From assembly GCA_036676495.1 (NCBI GenBank), contig JAKFCT010000001.1:26335-90334 (forward strand): a stretch of DNA of 64,000 bases, in the 5' to 3' direction. The translations under genes were made by a program, and so were the position numbers. Each line of letters begins with the position of its first letter. The first letter of the stretch is position 1. Under the pieces are notes generated by a model, which saw only the letters and a program-made list of their open reading frames with translations, was not told the DNA's origin and ran no database searches. Positions 17,161-26,605 of the stretch are shown here, one piece after another. Source of the DNA: Candidatus Sericytochromatia bacterium (GTDB lineage Bacteria; Cyanobacteriota; Sericytochromatia; S15B-MN24; UBA4093).

Positions 17161-17952
17161 ATGGCCATCTCGAACGCAACTTATGCCTCGGCCGGCCAGG
17201 TGCAGCGCCTCCGCTCCAACCGCCCGCTCGACACGGTCTCTCGGGCGATGGGCATCCACGTCCCCACGAGCCTTTCGCCCGCGAAGCTGGCGAAGGACGT
17301 CAAGACCGACGTGGTCGCCTCGATTCCTTTCGACGCCCTCTTCACCAGCCAGGAATACCGCCGTGGCGAGCTCACGGCGAAGGAGTACGTGGCCAAGACC
17401 CTCAGCACCTCGGTCAGCTCGGTCGCCTGGACCGTCGGCGGCGCGATGATGGGTGCGCTCTTGGCACCGGCCGGACTTCCCGCCCTCATGGTCGGCATCG
17501 CCGGGTTCGCCACCGGGCTGGTCGCCACCACGATCTGGGATAGGACGGTCGGCAAGCAAGTCACCGAAGCCATTGAGACGGTCATTCCGGAAGCTCTGGC
17601 CGAGCCGGTGGCCGAGGTCTTCACCAAGGCGATCGCCAACCCCCTTTACGACGCCGTCTGGAAGCCGCTCACCGAAGTCGTGACCCCCGCCTTCCGCTGG
17701 GCCATGCAGAACAAGGTCACGGCAGGAGCCGCTTTGGGCGGTCTGGCACTGCTCTTCCCCAATGCCGCCAAGGCGATCGCCCCCGAGGTCCTGACGATGG
17801 CCGGCGGCATGGCGGCGGGAATCGCGTTCACCGGCAAGGTGATCGACCCCATCCTGCCTCCCGTCGAGGAGCAGGCCGAAGCGCCCGCGAAGGCCGCCAA
17901 GGCCAGCGGCGCCGGCCAGGCCGCAGGCATCCACTTCGCCCGCATCCGCTAA
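17161..17952 (+). CDS. hypothetical protein with Gly/Ala-rich hydrophobic helices
   Basis: AGGAGG RBS; AWTVGGAMMGALLAPAGLPALMVGIAGFATG and GAALGGLALLF segments. Confidence 0.8.
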   Translation: MAISNATYASAGQVQRLRSNRPLDTVSRAMGIHVPTSLSPAKLAKDVKTDVVASIPFDALFTSQEYRRGELTAKEYVAKTLSTSVSSVAWTVGGAMMGALLAPAGLPALMVGIAGFATGLVATTIWDRTVGKQVTEAIETVIPEALAEPVAEVFTKAIANPLYDAVWKPLTEVVTPAFRWAMQNKVTAGAALGGLALLFPNAAKAIAPEVLTMAGGMAAGIAFTGKVIDPILPPVEEQAEAPAKAAKASGAGQAAGIHFARIR

Positions 17953-18009
17953 GTATTAAGCAAGGGCATTCCCGGATGCCGAAGCGCGATGCTTCTCCCC
18001 GGGTTTGAA

Positions 18010-18537
18010 TCAGCTACGCTGCCGGTTCGCGTAGGGCAAGACCACCGACGACACCCAGTCCAAGACATCCTGACCAATCTCGGCCGGAGCATCCGTCGGG
18101 GCCGCGTTGATGCGCAACAGCGGCAAGCCGGCATCCGCGATGGCGGCGCCCTTGAGGTCGGTATTTTCCTTGTCGAGGTAGTCCGTGGGCCGATCCCCTT
18201 CGATGAGGAGCAGGGCCATCGGGACCAGGAAGTCCTGGTCAACGATGACGAAATCGGCCTGCGAGCGGCTCAGGCGGTGCCAACCGGTGGGGGTAAGGCG
18301 GCCGCGCTCGAAGACGTCGGCGAGCCGCATCTTGGGGAAGATCAAGAGGCCCTGTGCGGCCAGAGGTCCGCGGAGGAGCTGGAAGAGCGCAAAGGGCAGG
18401 GGCTCGAGGAACTCGGCCTTGACTTGAAGTTGCGGGTCGAGGTCCGTGACGAAGCCCGCTTCGGGATCCCGGGTCACCAGGAAGCCGAGCAGCAGGGCCC
18501 CCAAGAGGACGATTCCCGCGACGATCCACATCACCAT
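18010..18537 (-). CDS. DUF2726-family membrane-anchored protein
   Basis: N-terminal TM; IFPKMRLADV, ADFVIVD, AGLPLLRI. Confidence 0.75.
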   Translation of the reverse strand: MVMWIVAGIVLLGALLLGFLVTRDPEAGFVTDLDPQLQVKAEFLEPLPFALFQLLRGPLAAQGLLIFPKMRLADVFERGRLTPTGWHRLSRSQADFVIVDQDFLVPMALLLIEGDRPTDYLDKENTDLKGAAIADAGLPLLRINAAPTDAPAEIGQDVLDWVSSVVLPYANRQRS

Positions 18538-18708
18538 TGAGCTAACGTCGTTTCTACAGGACAGCGAGAGTGAACTTTCACCCTAATATGGTCGGTTTCA
18601 CGGCTATCTCTCGCTGCCTTTCGAAACAGCCGCGGGCGCTAGGGGACAGTATAGCGCGAGCAGCCGATCCCCGACAGGGCCTGCCGGGGATCTCGGCTCA
18701 TGACGCGC

Positions 18709-20115
18709 TTACTCCAGGGCGCGGATGAAGTCGATCAGGGAGTCGAAGCGGTCGGGCGGGATATTGGGATAGGGCGGCATCGCCACGCCGGGTTTGATGG
18801 CCTGAGGGTTGCGGATCCAGCGCCTCAAGTAGTCCTCGTCCCTTCGGGCGGAGATGCCTGCGAGGTCCGGGCCGAGCTGGCCGCCGGCTCCCTTGATGGC
18901 ATGGCAGCTGACGCAGCCTTGTTCCTGGTAGACCGTCCAGCCTGCCTGCTGGGACGGGGTCAGGTTCTCGTAGCCCTTCGGCACGGAGGTCATGGCTGTC
19001 GGATCCAGGCCTGCCGTGTTGGGTGCATTGGCGCCCTGCACGTTCAGCCAGACGAGGATGGCGAGGAAGACGGTGGCCGGGATGACCGTGTAGGGGCGGG
19101 ACAAGGGATGGCGCCGGGGGTTGTGATCGACGAAGGGTAGGATCAACAGCAAGACCCCGATGAGCAGCGGAATGCCTACCACCCCGACAAGTTCCCAGCT
19201 CCCCGGAAAGTACCAGAGGGCCTGGAAGAGCCAGAAGAAGTACCATTCGGGCCGCGGCACGAAGCCGGTGCTGACCGGATCCGCCGGGTCCCCGAGCTTG
19301 GCCGGAAAGAGGATGGCCATCACGACCAGCACGACCACCACGACCAGGCTGACGATGGCATCCTCCATGACGTTATGGTAGAAGGGCTGGCCCTTCTTCT
19401 TGAGGTCCTCGTAGTACTCGAGGTAGGCGCGCTGGGGATCGGGCGCCGTCGCATAGGGCTCCTCGCGGCCGGGCGGGTTGGAGATCCCTTGCCGGACCAC
19501 CAGGGCGATGTGAAACGCGATCAACGCGAAGGTCGCCAGCGGCAGCAAGATCACGTGAAACGCGTACCAGCGCGTCAGCGTGTACGATCCGACGTCGCGC
19601 CCGCCCAGGATCAGCTCGCGGACCTGCTCGCCGATGACCGGCACGACCGCCGACATCTGGCCGAAGAGGACGGTGGTCCAGTAGGCGGTTTGATCCCAGG
19701 GCAGGAGGTAGCCCGTGAAGGCGAACGCCAGGACCAAGAGCAAGAGGAAGGCGCCGGAAAGCCACGTGAGCTCCCGGGGGAACTTGTAGGCCCCCCAGTA
19801 GAAGGTCCGTAGCATGTGCAGCACGACCAGGATCACCATGGCAGAGGCGGCCCAGTGGTGGAGGTTGCGCACGAAGCCGCCGAGGAAGACCTGGTTCTGG
19901 ATGTAGGCGACGGACTCGTAGGCCACCTGGGGCGAGGGCTGGTAGTAGATCATCAGCAGCATGCCGGTGACGACCATGAGGATGAAGGTCACGGTCGTGG
20001 CGCTGCCGAGCGTGTAGGCCCAGTTCACGCCGGGCGGGATGTGCCGGTCGAGGAAGTTATGCGCCATCGTCCGGATGTTGGCCCGGGAGTCGAGCCAATC
20101 GATCAGGTTGCGCAT
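18709..20115 (-). CDS. cytochrome b (b6-like plus subunit IV) fused to C-terminal c-type cytochrome
   Basis: LHHW...LH, GYLLPWDQ, FH...FH, PEWYF, CVSCH...GPDL...MP. Confidence 0.92.
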   Translation of the reverse strand: MRNLIDWLDSRANIRTMAHNFLDRHIPPGVNWAYTLGSATTVTFILMVVTGMLLMIYYQPSPQVAYESVAYIQNQVFLGGFVRNLHHWAASAMVILVVLHMLRTFYWGAYKFPRELTWLSGAFLLLLVLAFAFTGYLLPWDQTAYWTTVLFGQMSAVVPVIGEQVRELILGGRDVGSYTLTRWYAFHVILLPLATFALIAFHIALVVRQGISNPPGREEPYATAPDPQRAYLEYYEDLKKKGQPFYHNVMEDAIVSLVVVVVLVVMAILFPAKLGDPADPVSTGFVPRPEWYFFWLFQALWYFPGSWELVGVVGIPLLIGVLLLILPFVDHNPRRHPLSRPYTVIPATVFLAILVWLNVQGANAPNTAGLDPTAMTSVPKGYENLTPSQQAGWTVYQEQGCVSCHAIKGAGGQLGPDLAGISARRDEDYLRRWIRNPQAIKPGVAMPPYPNIPPDRFDSLIDFIRALE

Positions 20116-20117
20116 GG

Positions 20118-20657
20118 CTAGGCCCCCCGGCCTTGCGCGTCATCTTCCCGATGGCTGGTCGGGCCTTTCCCGGGAGCATGGCCGCCCGGTGACTGGCCGA
20201 TGTAAAGCGTGCCGTTCTCGATCCGCACGGCGTACGTATCGAGACCATGCGGGGGAGGCCCCCCGACCACCGTGCCCTCCTTGGTGAAGGCGCCGCCATG
20301 GCATGGGCAGAGAAAGAGCTCCGCATTGGCGTTCCAGTCGTAGGGGCAGGCCAGGTGGGTGCAGTTCGAATCGTAGACGGAGAATCGGCCGTCTCCCCAG
20401 TTCACGACCCAGGCGCCCTGGCGATAGGGAGGCTCTCCACGGACCGGAATCTCGAAGCCCTCCAGGGTCGGCTTCCCCACCGGGTAGCGACTCACCGGGC
20501 CCAGCGCGATCCACGGCGGGGTCTGGGGACGCCGGATGAGCGGGGAAAAGAGATACCCGATGATCGGAAGGCCCAGCAGCATGGCGATGAAGGCACCGAT
20601 CGCCCCGATGATCCGGTAGATGAAGCTGCGGCGCGAAACAGCGTCCGAATTCGCCAC
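20118..20657 (-). CDS. Rieske 2Fe-2S subunit of a quinol:cytochrome c reductase
   Basis: Tat motif SRRSF, CTHLAC, CPCHGG, GPPP. Confidence 0.93.
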   Translation of the reverse strand: MANSDAVSRRSFIYRIIGAIGAFIAMLLGLPIIGYLFSPLIRRPQTPPWIALGPVSRYPVGKPTLEGFEIPVRGEPPYRQGAWVVNWGDGRFSVYDSNCTHLACPYDWNANAELFLCPCHGGAFTKEGTVVGGPPPHGLDTYAVRIENGTLYIGQSPGGHAPGKGPTSHREDDAQGRGA

Positions 20658-20772
20658 GACGACGCTCCCTTCTGCATGCCGAACACGGCACGACCCTAGC
20701 GCCTTTCGGGACGAGAGCCTAGTGGGTCGCCACGGGAGAATTCGTCAGAATGGACCGCTAGTAGGTCACGCG

Positions 20773-21522
20773 CTAGCAGGTCACCCGCCCGCCGTCGACC
20801 AAGAGCGTCTGCCCGGTCACGTAGGAGGCCTGCTCGGACGCCAGGAAGAGCACCGCCGCGGCGATGTCCGCGTCCGTCCCGAAGCGGCCCATGGGAGTGC
20901 CTTCCTCGACCGCCTGCCGCTGCTCGGGACTCAAGCCCGCCTGAATCCGGGTCTCGACGTAGCCCGGCGCCACCCCCACTGCGCGCACCTGCGGAGCCAG
21001 CTCCTTGGCGAGACTCTTGGTCAACGCGATCACGCCCGCCTTGGCCGCCGCGTAATGCATCGACGAGGCGGCCCCTTCCACCCCGCGCATGGACGCGATG
21101 TTGACGATCACCCCGCTCCCGCGCGCGACCATGCCCTGGGCTGCCGCCTGCGCGCAGAGGAACGTTCCCTTCAGGTTCACGTCCACCACGTCGTCCCACA
21201 TCTCCTCGGTGATGGCGAAGAGTCCGCCACGCCGCACGACCCCGGCATTGTTGACCAGGATGTCGAGCGGCCCCAGCTCCGCTTCGACCCGCTCGACCAT
21301 GGCCCGGACCTCGGCCGGCCGCGCGACATCGGCCCGGACGGCGAGCGCGCGCGCCCCCCTCTCCCGGATCGACGCGACGACCGCGTCGGCTGCCGCCTCG
21401 TCATGGGCATAGTTGACGGCCACATGGGCCCCCTCGTTTCCGAAGGCCTGGGCGATTCCCCGGCCGATGCCATGGCTCGCGCCCGTCACCAAGACGACCT
21501 TGCCCTTGTAACCCAGGTCCAT
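20773..21522 (-). CDS. short-chain dehydrogenase/reductase (FabG-like)
   Basis: TGASHGIG, NNAG, YAAAK, VDGG. Confidence 0.92.
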   Translation of the reverse strand: MDLGYKGKVVLVTGASHGIGRGIAQAFGNEGAHVAVNYAHDEAAADAVVASIRERGARALAVRADVARPAEVRAMVERVEAELGPLDILVNNAGVVRRGGLFAITEEMWDDVVDVNLKGTFLCAQAAAQGMVARGSGVIVNIASMRGVEGAASSMHYAAAKAGVIALTKSLAKELAPQVRAVGVAPGYVETRIQAGLSPEQRQAVEEGTPMGRFGTDADIAAAVLFLASEQASYVTGQTLLVDGGRVTC

Positions 21523-21695
21523 GCTCCGTCCTTTCCACGTTTCAGCGTCGACTCCCCCCATGTTACCTCAGGGCAGGCTGGTCGGTAGCGCGCTCAGCGA
21601 AAGGCAAGGAGCGGTGACGCCCCCCTCGAGTCAAGAGGAGGGGCATCACCGCTCGTGATCCTGCTGCGACGCTCCGCGTCGAGAAGGAAGGAGGC

Positions 21696-22811
21696 CTAGA
21701 GGCCGAAGATCGCCTCGAAGGGATCGACCGCTCCGTGGCCGTAGGTGTCGTCCCGACCGCGATCGCCCAGGTCATCGGCGGTCTTGTAGAGGCGCTCGCG
21801 GATCTGGGCGGGCGTCCAGTCGGGATTCTTGGCGACCAGCAGCGCGGCGACGCCGGCGACGTAGGGAGCCGCCATCGAGGTGCCGGTGTAGTTGGCGAAG
21901 GAATCGTCGGGAACCGAGGAGCGAATCGCGGTTCCGGGAGCCGAGAGGTCGACGGCGGGGCCGCGGCTGGAGCTGGGATGGGTCTTGAGCGGGCGGGAAT
22001 GGTCGTCCAGGTTGGCCACGGAGATGACGTTCGGCGAGTTGCCGGGGTAGCCGACGGTATCGGCCTTGTCCGTGCCGTTGTTGCCCGCGGCCACCACCAC
22101 GACGACCCCCTTGGACTCGGCGTAGCGAATGGCTTCCTCGACCTGCTTGACCTTGCGGCCGTGAACGAACTTCATCAGCCAGCCGTCCATCTGGATCCCG
22201 AGGCTGATGTTGATGACCTTGGCGCCATGGTCGGCCGCGTAGCGGATGCCGTCGGCGAGCTGCGGCATGAACTTGGTGTTGGAGGTGGAGAGGTTGGGAA
22301 TCTTGATCGGCAGAATCGACGCGCCCTGGGCCACCCCTTCGAGCCCCTCGGAGGGGAAGGACCCGGCGATGATGCCGGCGACATGGGTGCCGTGCCCCAT
22401 GGTGTCCTCGACGTCCCGGCCCTTGGTCTCGACGTTGTAGCCGGGAAGCAAGCGGCCCTTGAGGGCGGGGTGATCGGTGTCGACCCCCGAGTCGATGACC
22501 GCGACCACCACCTGGCCCTGCGGGATCTCGCCGAAGCCGTCGTCGGTGAAGAGCACGGAGGCCTCCGCGCCGTCAAGGGAGAGGCGATCGCCCCGGCTCA
22601 CGCTGGCGTCGGCGCCAAGACGGGCGACGCGGCTCTCGGTGCGGGCCGCGCCGCTCAAGAGCAGCACGTCCTGGCCCTGGCGGGCGATCACGCTGGGAAG
22701 GCCGTCCTTGGCCGCTTCGGCCTGCAGCAGAGCCCGATTGGCCGCCGTGTCGCGAAGACGCTTGGCCGTGGCGAGGGTCTGGAGCTGGGACGAGCGGGTC
22801 TGAACAGCCAT
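21696..22811 (-). CDS. S8 subtilisin-like serine protease
   Basis: VIDSG, HGTHVAG, AAGN, GTSMA; AGGAGG RBS before ATG 22811. Confidence 0.93.
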   Translation of the reverse strand: MAVQTRSSQLQTLATAKRLRDTAANRALLQAEAAKDGLPSVIARQGQDVLLLSGAARTESRVARLGADASVSRGDRLSLDGAEASVLFTDDGFGEIPQGQVVVAVIDSGVDTDHPALKGRLLPGYNVETKGRDVEDTMGHGTHVAGIIAGSFPSEGLEGVAQGASILPIKIPNLSTSNTKFMPQLADGIRYAADHGAKVINISLGIQMDGWLMKFVHGRKVKQVEEAIRYAESKGVVVVVAAGNNGTDKADTVGYPGNSPNVISVANLDDHSRPLKTHPSSSRGPAVDLSAPGTAIRSSVPDDSFANYTGTSMAAPYVAGVAALLVAKNPDWTPAQIRERLYKTADDLGDRGRDDTYGHGAVDPFEAIFGL

Positions 22812-22864
22812 TCTGCCTCCTGGATGCATCGGGGAACATGACCGACGAGGGGTGCTGCTTAACG

Positions 22865-22906
22865 TTATCGCCCCTTTGATTTAAATCTTTCTTAGAATTT
22901 TCTTAA
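22865..22906 (-). promoter_or_regulatory. sigma-28-like promoter overlapped by three phased TTAA boxes
   Basis: GAAAGATT-N11-GGCGATAA (22865-22891); TTAA-N7-CTAA-N7-TTAA (22881-22906). Confidence 0.62.
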
Positions 22907-22956
22907 TACCCGGGCGAATTCGCCTCCCATGCGCCTCCCGGTGGTAGGATCAGGGC

Positions 22957-24078
22957 ATGACGACGGCAACAGGCTTGTGGAACCGCTTATTCGAGACGGC
23001 GCAGGAGCTGGGCTTCGGCGCCATGGGGGCAGTCGCGGCCCATCCGGACCCGAAAAGGCCCGTCCTCGAGCGCTGGCTGGACCAGGGCATGCACGGAGAC
23101 ATGGCCTGGATGGCCAAGGATCCCGCCCGACGCACGGACCCGCGCATGGTCCTGCCCGAGGCCCGCACCGTCCTCGCGCTCTACCACTCCTATCATCCGG
23201 GCCTGCTGGAGGCCCCGCCGCAGGACAGCCCGCGCGGCCGGATCGCCCGCTACGCGCTGGGGGACGACTATCACGACCTCCTGGTCAGCAAGCTCCGCGT
23301 CCTCTCCCAGGAGCTGGAAGACCCCACGGCCCGCGTCTACACCGATACGGGCCCCTTCCTCGAGCGCTCCGTGGCGAGCCGCGCCCAGCTGGGCTGGACC
23401 GGGAAGTCGGGCCTGCTGATTCACCCCAAGCTCGGGACGTACGGCTTCCTGGCCGAGATCGTCACGGCCCAGGACCTGCCGGTGGCGGAAACGCCGCATC
23501 CGGATCGCTGCGGCACCTGCACGCGTTGCCTGGACGTCTGCCCCACCGGAGCCCTGGTGGCCCCCGGGATCGTCGACTCCCGCCGCTGCATCTCCTACCT
23601 GACCATCGAGCACCGGGGCCCCATCCCCCACGAGCTGAGGCCCCTCATGGGAGACTGGGTCTACGGCTGCGACCTCTGCCAGGAAGTCTGCCCCTGGAAC
23701 CGCAAGGCTCCCGTCGCGACCGAGCCCGCCTTCCAGCCCAAGCCAGACCGGGTCTTCCCCCGGCTCGTCGACCTCCTGCTGATGACCCAGGAGCAATTCT
23801 CCCAAACCTTCAAGGGATCGGCCATCAAGCGGACCAAACGCCGCGGCCTCGCCCGCAACGCCGCCATCGCGCTGGGCAACGCCAAAGACCCCGCCACGGT
23901 CCCCGCGTTGAAGCAGGCCTTAGAAAGCGATCCCGAGCCCCTCGTCCGGGGGGCCGTGGCCTGGGCGCTCGGCCAGATCGGGACGGGCGAGGCCAGGGGA
24001 GCCTTGGAAGCCGCCAGGGACCGTGAAAGCGACCCGGAGGTGAGCGAGGAGATCCAGCGGGCGCTCGCGGGGGAGTGA
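22957..24078 (+). CDS. queG: epoxyqueuosine reductase
   Basis: ARYALGDDYH, DTGP, CGTCTRCLDVCP, GCDLCQEVCPWN, C-terminal HEAT repeats. Confidence 0.95.
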   Translation: MTTATGLWNRLFETAQELGFGAMGAVAAHPDPKRPVLERWLDQGMHGDMAWMAKDPARRTDPRMVLPEARTVLALYHSYHPGLLEAPPQDSPRGRIARYALGDDYHDLLVSKLRVLSQELEDPTARVYTDTGPFLERSVASRAQLGWTGKSGLLIHPKLGTYGFLAEIVTAQDLPVAETPHPDRCGTCTRCLDVCPTGALVAPGIVDSRRCISYLTIEHRGPIPHELRPLMGDWVYGCDLCQEVCPWNRKAPVATEPAFQPKPDRVFPRLVDLLLMTQEQFSQTFKGSAIKRTKRRGLARNAAIALGNAKDPATVPALKQALESDPEPLVRGAVAWALGQIGTGEARGALEAARDRESDPEVSEEIQRALAGE

Positions 24079-24142
24079 GCGTTTACCTCTGCTTGCTCCG
24101 GGTATGATCCGAGCGGCCCCCCGTTTCGCGTGAGGAACCCGC

Positions 24143-25171
24143 GTGACCGCCACCGCTCCTACCGTTCATGATGCCTCGAGTGCCCTGGCCCTGCTCAGGA
24201 GGCTCGCCTCCGAGGCCGCCCGCGAGAGTCTGCCTCAGGATCGGACGAAAAAGCTGCTGGAACAAGCCGCTAGACTGGTGGGTTCGACCCGCGGGGCGCT
24301 CATGATCGGCAACACCCTGGATCAGACGGCGGTCTTCGGCTCGGAAGGCCCCCTGGATCTGCCACGGGACTTGCTGGCGGAAGCCATGCTGGAGCGCCGT
24401 CCCGCGTCCCGCCGCCTGGAGTCAGGGTGCTGGGGCCTGGCCTTGCCGCTTCAAGTTGGCCCCGATCCGATCGCCCAGCTCTACCTCGAAGCCCCCGAGC
24501 CGCCCACTGAGTTGGCCCAAGAATTGCTTGAGACCTATACGCCGTTCGTGGCGCAGCTTTTATACGAAGTCAACGCCCGAAAGGTGTTGAAGCGGACGCG
24601 TGAGGCCTTCGAAGAAAAGCTGGACATGGCGCTGGGGCTTTACGATCTCTACCATGCGGCCGTGGGCGAGGCGATGACCGATCGCCTGACGGGGGTGGGG
24701 TCGCGCGCGTACTTCGACCAGCGGCTCTCCGAGCAGCTCGATCATGCGCGCCGGTACCGGCACCCGTTGACGCTGGTGATGATGGACGTGGATCACTTCA
24801 AGGCCATCAACGACCACTACGGCCATCCGGCCGGAGATCAGGTGCTCGCGGGCGTCGGCGCCCTCTTGCGGGGGAGCGTGAGGCTGTCGGACGTGGCGGC
24901 CCGTTACGGCGGCGAGGAGTTCGCGCTGATCCTGCCCTTCACCGACACGGAGGGCGCGTGGATCCTGGCCGATCGCTTGCGGCAAGCGTTGCAGGAATGG
25001 ACGCTGATCCTGAGCGAGGGGCTCGTCCAGGTGACGGCCAGTTTCGGCCTGGCCGAGCTGAAGGAGGACATGGACGTCGCGGCGCTCGTCGCAGCGGCCG
25101 ATCGGGCGCTGTATCGCGCCAAGCATGGTGGCCGGAACCAGGTTCAGGCGGCCGAGAGGATCGAAGGATGA
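24143..25171 (+). CDS. diguanylate cyclase (GAF-like plus GGDEF)
   Basis: DRLTG, DVDHFKAIND, RLSD I-site, RYGGEEF. Confidence 0.92.
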   Translation: MTATAPTVHDASSALALLRRLASEAARESLPQDRTKKLLEQAARLVGSTRGALMIGNTLDQTAVFGSEGPLDLPRDLLAEAMLERRPASRRLESGCWGLALPLQVGPDPIAQLYLEAPEPPTELAQELLETYTPFVAQLLYEVNARKVLKRTREAFEEKLDMALGLYDLYHAAVGEAMTDRLTGVGSRAYFDQRLSEQLDHARRYRHPLTLVMMDVDHFKAINDHYGHPAGDQVLAGVGALLRGSVRLSDVAARYGGEEFALILPFTDTEGAWILADRLRQALQEWTLILSEGLVQVTASFGLAELKEDMDVAALVAAADRALYRAKHGGRNQVQAAERIEG

Positions 25172-25533
25172 GGGTAGACCTGTTTTCCGGGCGTGACGAG
25201 CGCGTGACCTTCTCCCAGGGTCCGGACGGCTTGATCGTAGCCATGCGGGGAAAGGCCGACCTGGAGGTCATGGCGCGGGCGCTGGAGTCGCTGCACCAGG
25301 AGGCGCTCGCGCGCCGGCATCCGGGAGTCACCCTGGACCTGAGCCAGCTGGAGCCCTTGGAGCCGGCGGCGGTGAAGACCTTGATCAAGTGGGCCATGCG
25401 CCAGGCGGAGCTGGATGAAGCCGAGCGCTACGGGATCGTCTTGAGGTACTCGGAGAGCGTGTCCTGGCAGAAGGTGAGCCTCGCAGCGGTCGCTCACCTT
25501 TGCCCGTACGTCAGGCTCGGGCCTATCGCGTGA
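25168..25533 (+). CDS. small STAS/SiaC-like protein
   Basis: ATGA overlap with DGC; RGKAD, LHQEA, VTLDLSQLE, WQKVSL pattern. Confidence 0.7.
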   Translation: MRVDLFSGRDERVTFSQGPDGLIVAMRGKADLEVMARALESLHQEALARRHPGVTLDLSQLEPLEPAAVKTLIKWAMRQAELDEAERYGIVLRYSESVSWQKVSLAAVAHLCPYVRLGPIA

Positions 25534-26416
25534 GGGACGCGGCGGAGATCACGTCCACGTCGGTCGGAATCACCGGGGGAATGGTCTCGCCGTCGAGGGC
25601 CTTGACCAGCGTCTGAACCCCGAGTTTCCCCATTTGTTCGGGCTTCTGGGCGATCACCGCCTGGACCGTCCCGTTGCGGACCAGTTTCAACATGGCAGGG
25701 GTCGCATCGAAGGCCACCACGGCGACCTTGCGGCCGCTGCGCCGGATGACGTCTCCGACGGCGGGACCCGCGATGGCGTTGTCGGTGAAGAAGGCGCTGA
25801 GATCGGGATGCGCGTCCAAGGTCTCGCGCGCGATGCGCCGCGCGTTGTCGCGGCTCCCCATATCCGCTTGATCGCTCAAGAGGCGAATCCGGGTGCCCAG
25901 CATGGCGCGTCGGAAGCCTTCGACGCGCTGCCGGAGATTTTGGGCCGTGGGCACGCCGGTCACGATGGCGACTTTGCCTTTGGAGGTGAGGCCGAGCATG
26001 GCCTCACCGGCCTTTCGACCCGCCAGGAGGTTATCGGTGCCGATATAGGCGAGCCGATCCTTGTCGACGGTATCGGTATCGAAGGTGACGACCTTGATGC
26101 CCGCGCGGACCGCCTTGCGGACGACCGGTCCCAGGGCCTTTGAGTCGACGGGAGCAATGGCGATGCCGTCGACTCCCTGCGCGATGAGTTGCTCGACGTG
26201 GCGAATCTGCGTGGCCGTATCGGTTTCGCGCTCCGGGGCCTTCAAAAGGAGGCGCACGTGCTGCCGCTTGGCCTCACGCTTGGCGGATCGGGTCACGGAT
26301 CCCCAGTACTCTCCTTGAAGGCTCTTGCAGACCAGGCCCAAGCGGTACGTCTTGGCCTCCGCAGGCGCAGCGGTCGCCATGCACAGGGCCAGGATCAAGA
26401 AAAAGCGTCGCATCAT
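25523..26416 (-). CDS. RbsB-type sugar-binding periplasmic protein
   Basis: Sec signal; GVDGIAIAP, YIGTDN, AFDA, IAQKP. Confidence 0.9.
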   Translation of the reverse strand: MMRRFFLILALCMATAAPAEAKTYRLGLVCKSLQGEYWGSVTRSAKREAKRQHVRLLLKAPERETDTATQIRHVEQLIAQGVDGIAIAPVDSKALGPVVRKAVRAGIKVVTFDTDTVDKDRLAYIGTDNLLAGRKAGEAMLGLTSKGKVAIVTGVPTAQNLRQRVEGFRRAMLGTRIRLLSDQADMGSRDNARRIARETLDAHPDLSAFFTDNAIAGPAVGDVIRRSGRKVAVVAFDATPAMLKLVRNGTVQAVIAQKPEQMGKLGVQTLVKALDGETIPPVIPTDVDVISAASLTR

Positions 26417-26605
26417 GGGGCCATCCTGTCCGGGATCGTGAACGCGTGACGTGATGGCACCAGTCTAGCATAAGCAGGCGCTCGTCTGGCATTCATGCGG
26501 GCGGAGGCTTTCTTTAAACCTCCGTGAAAGGTTGATTGAATCGGGCAAGTTTGCATGGGGACGGCGTATAATTTTCGAAGCAAGTTTCCGAAAGGAGGCC
26601 TCCGC

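Noticed and set aside
18562-18616. 9-bp inverted repeat CAGCGAGAG/CTCTCGCTG around an AT-richer core as an ncRNA
   Set aside because: Short stem and no recognisable family; may be simple promoter architecture
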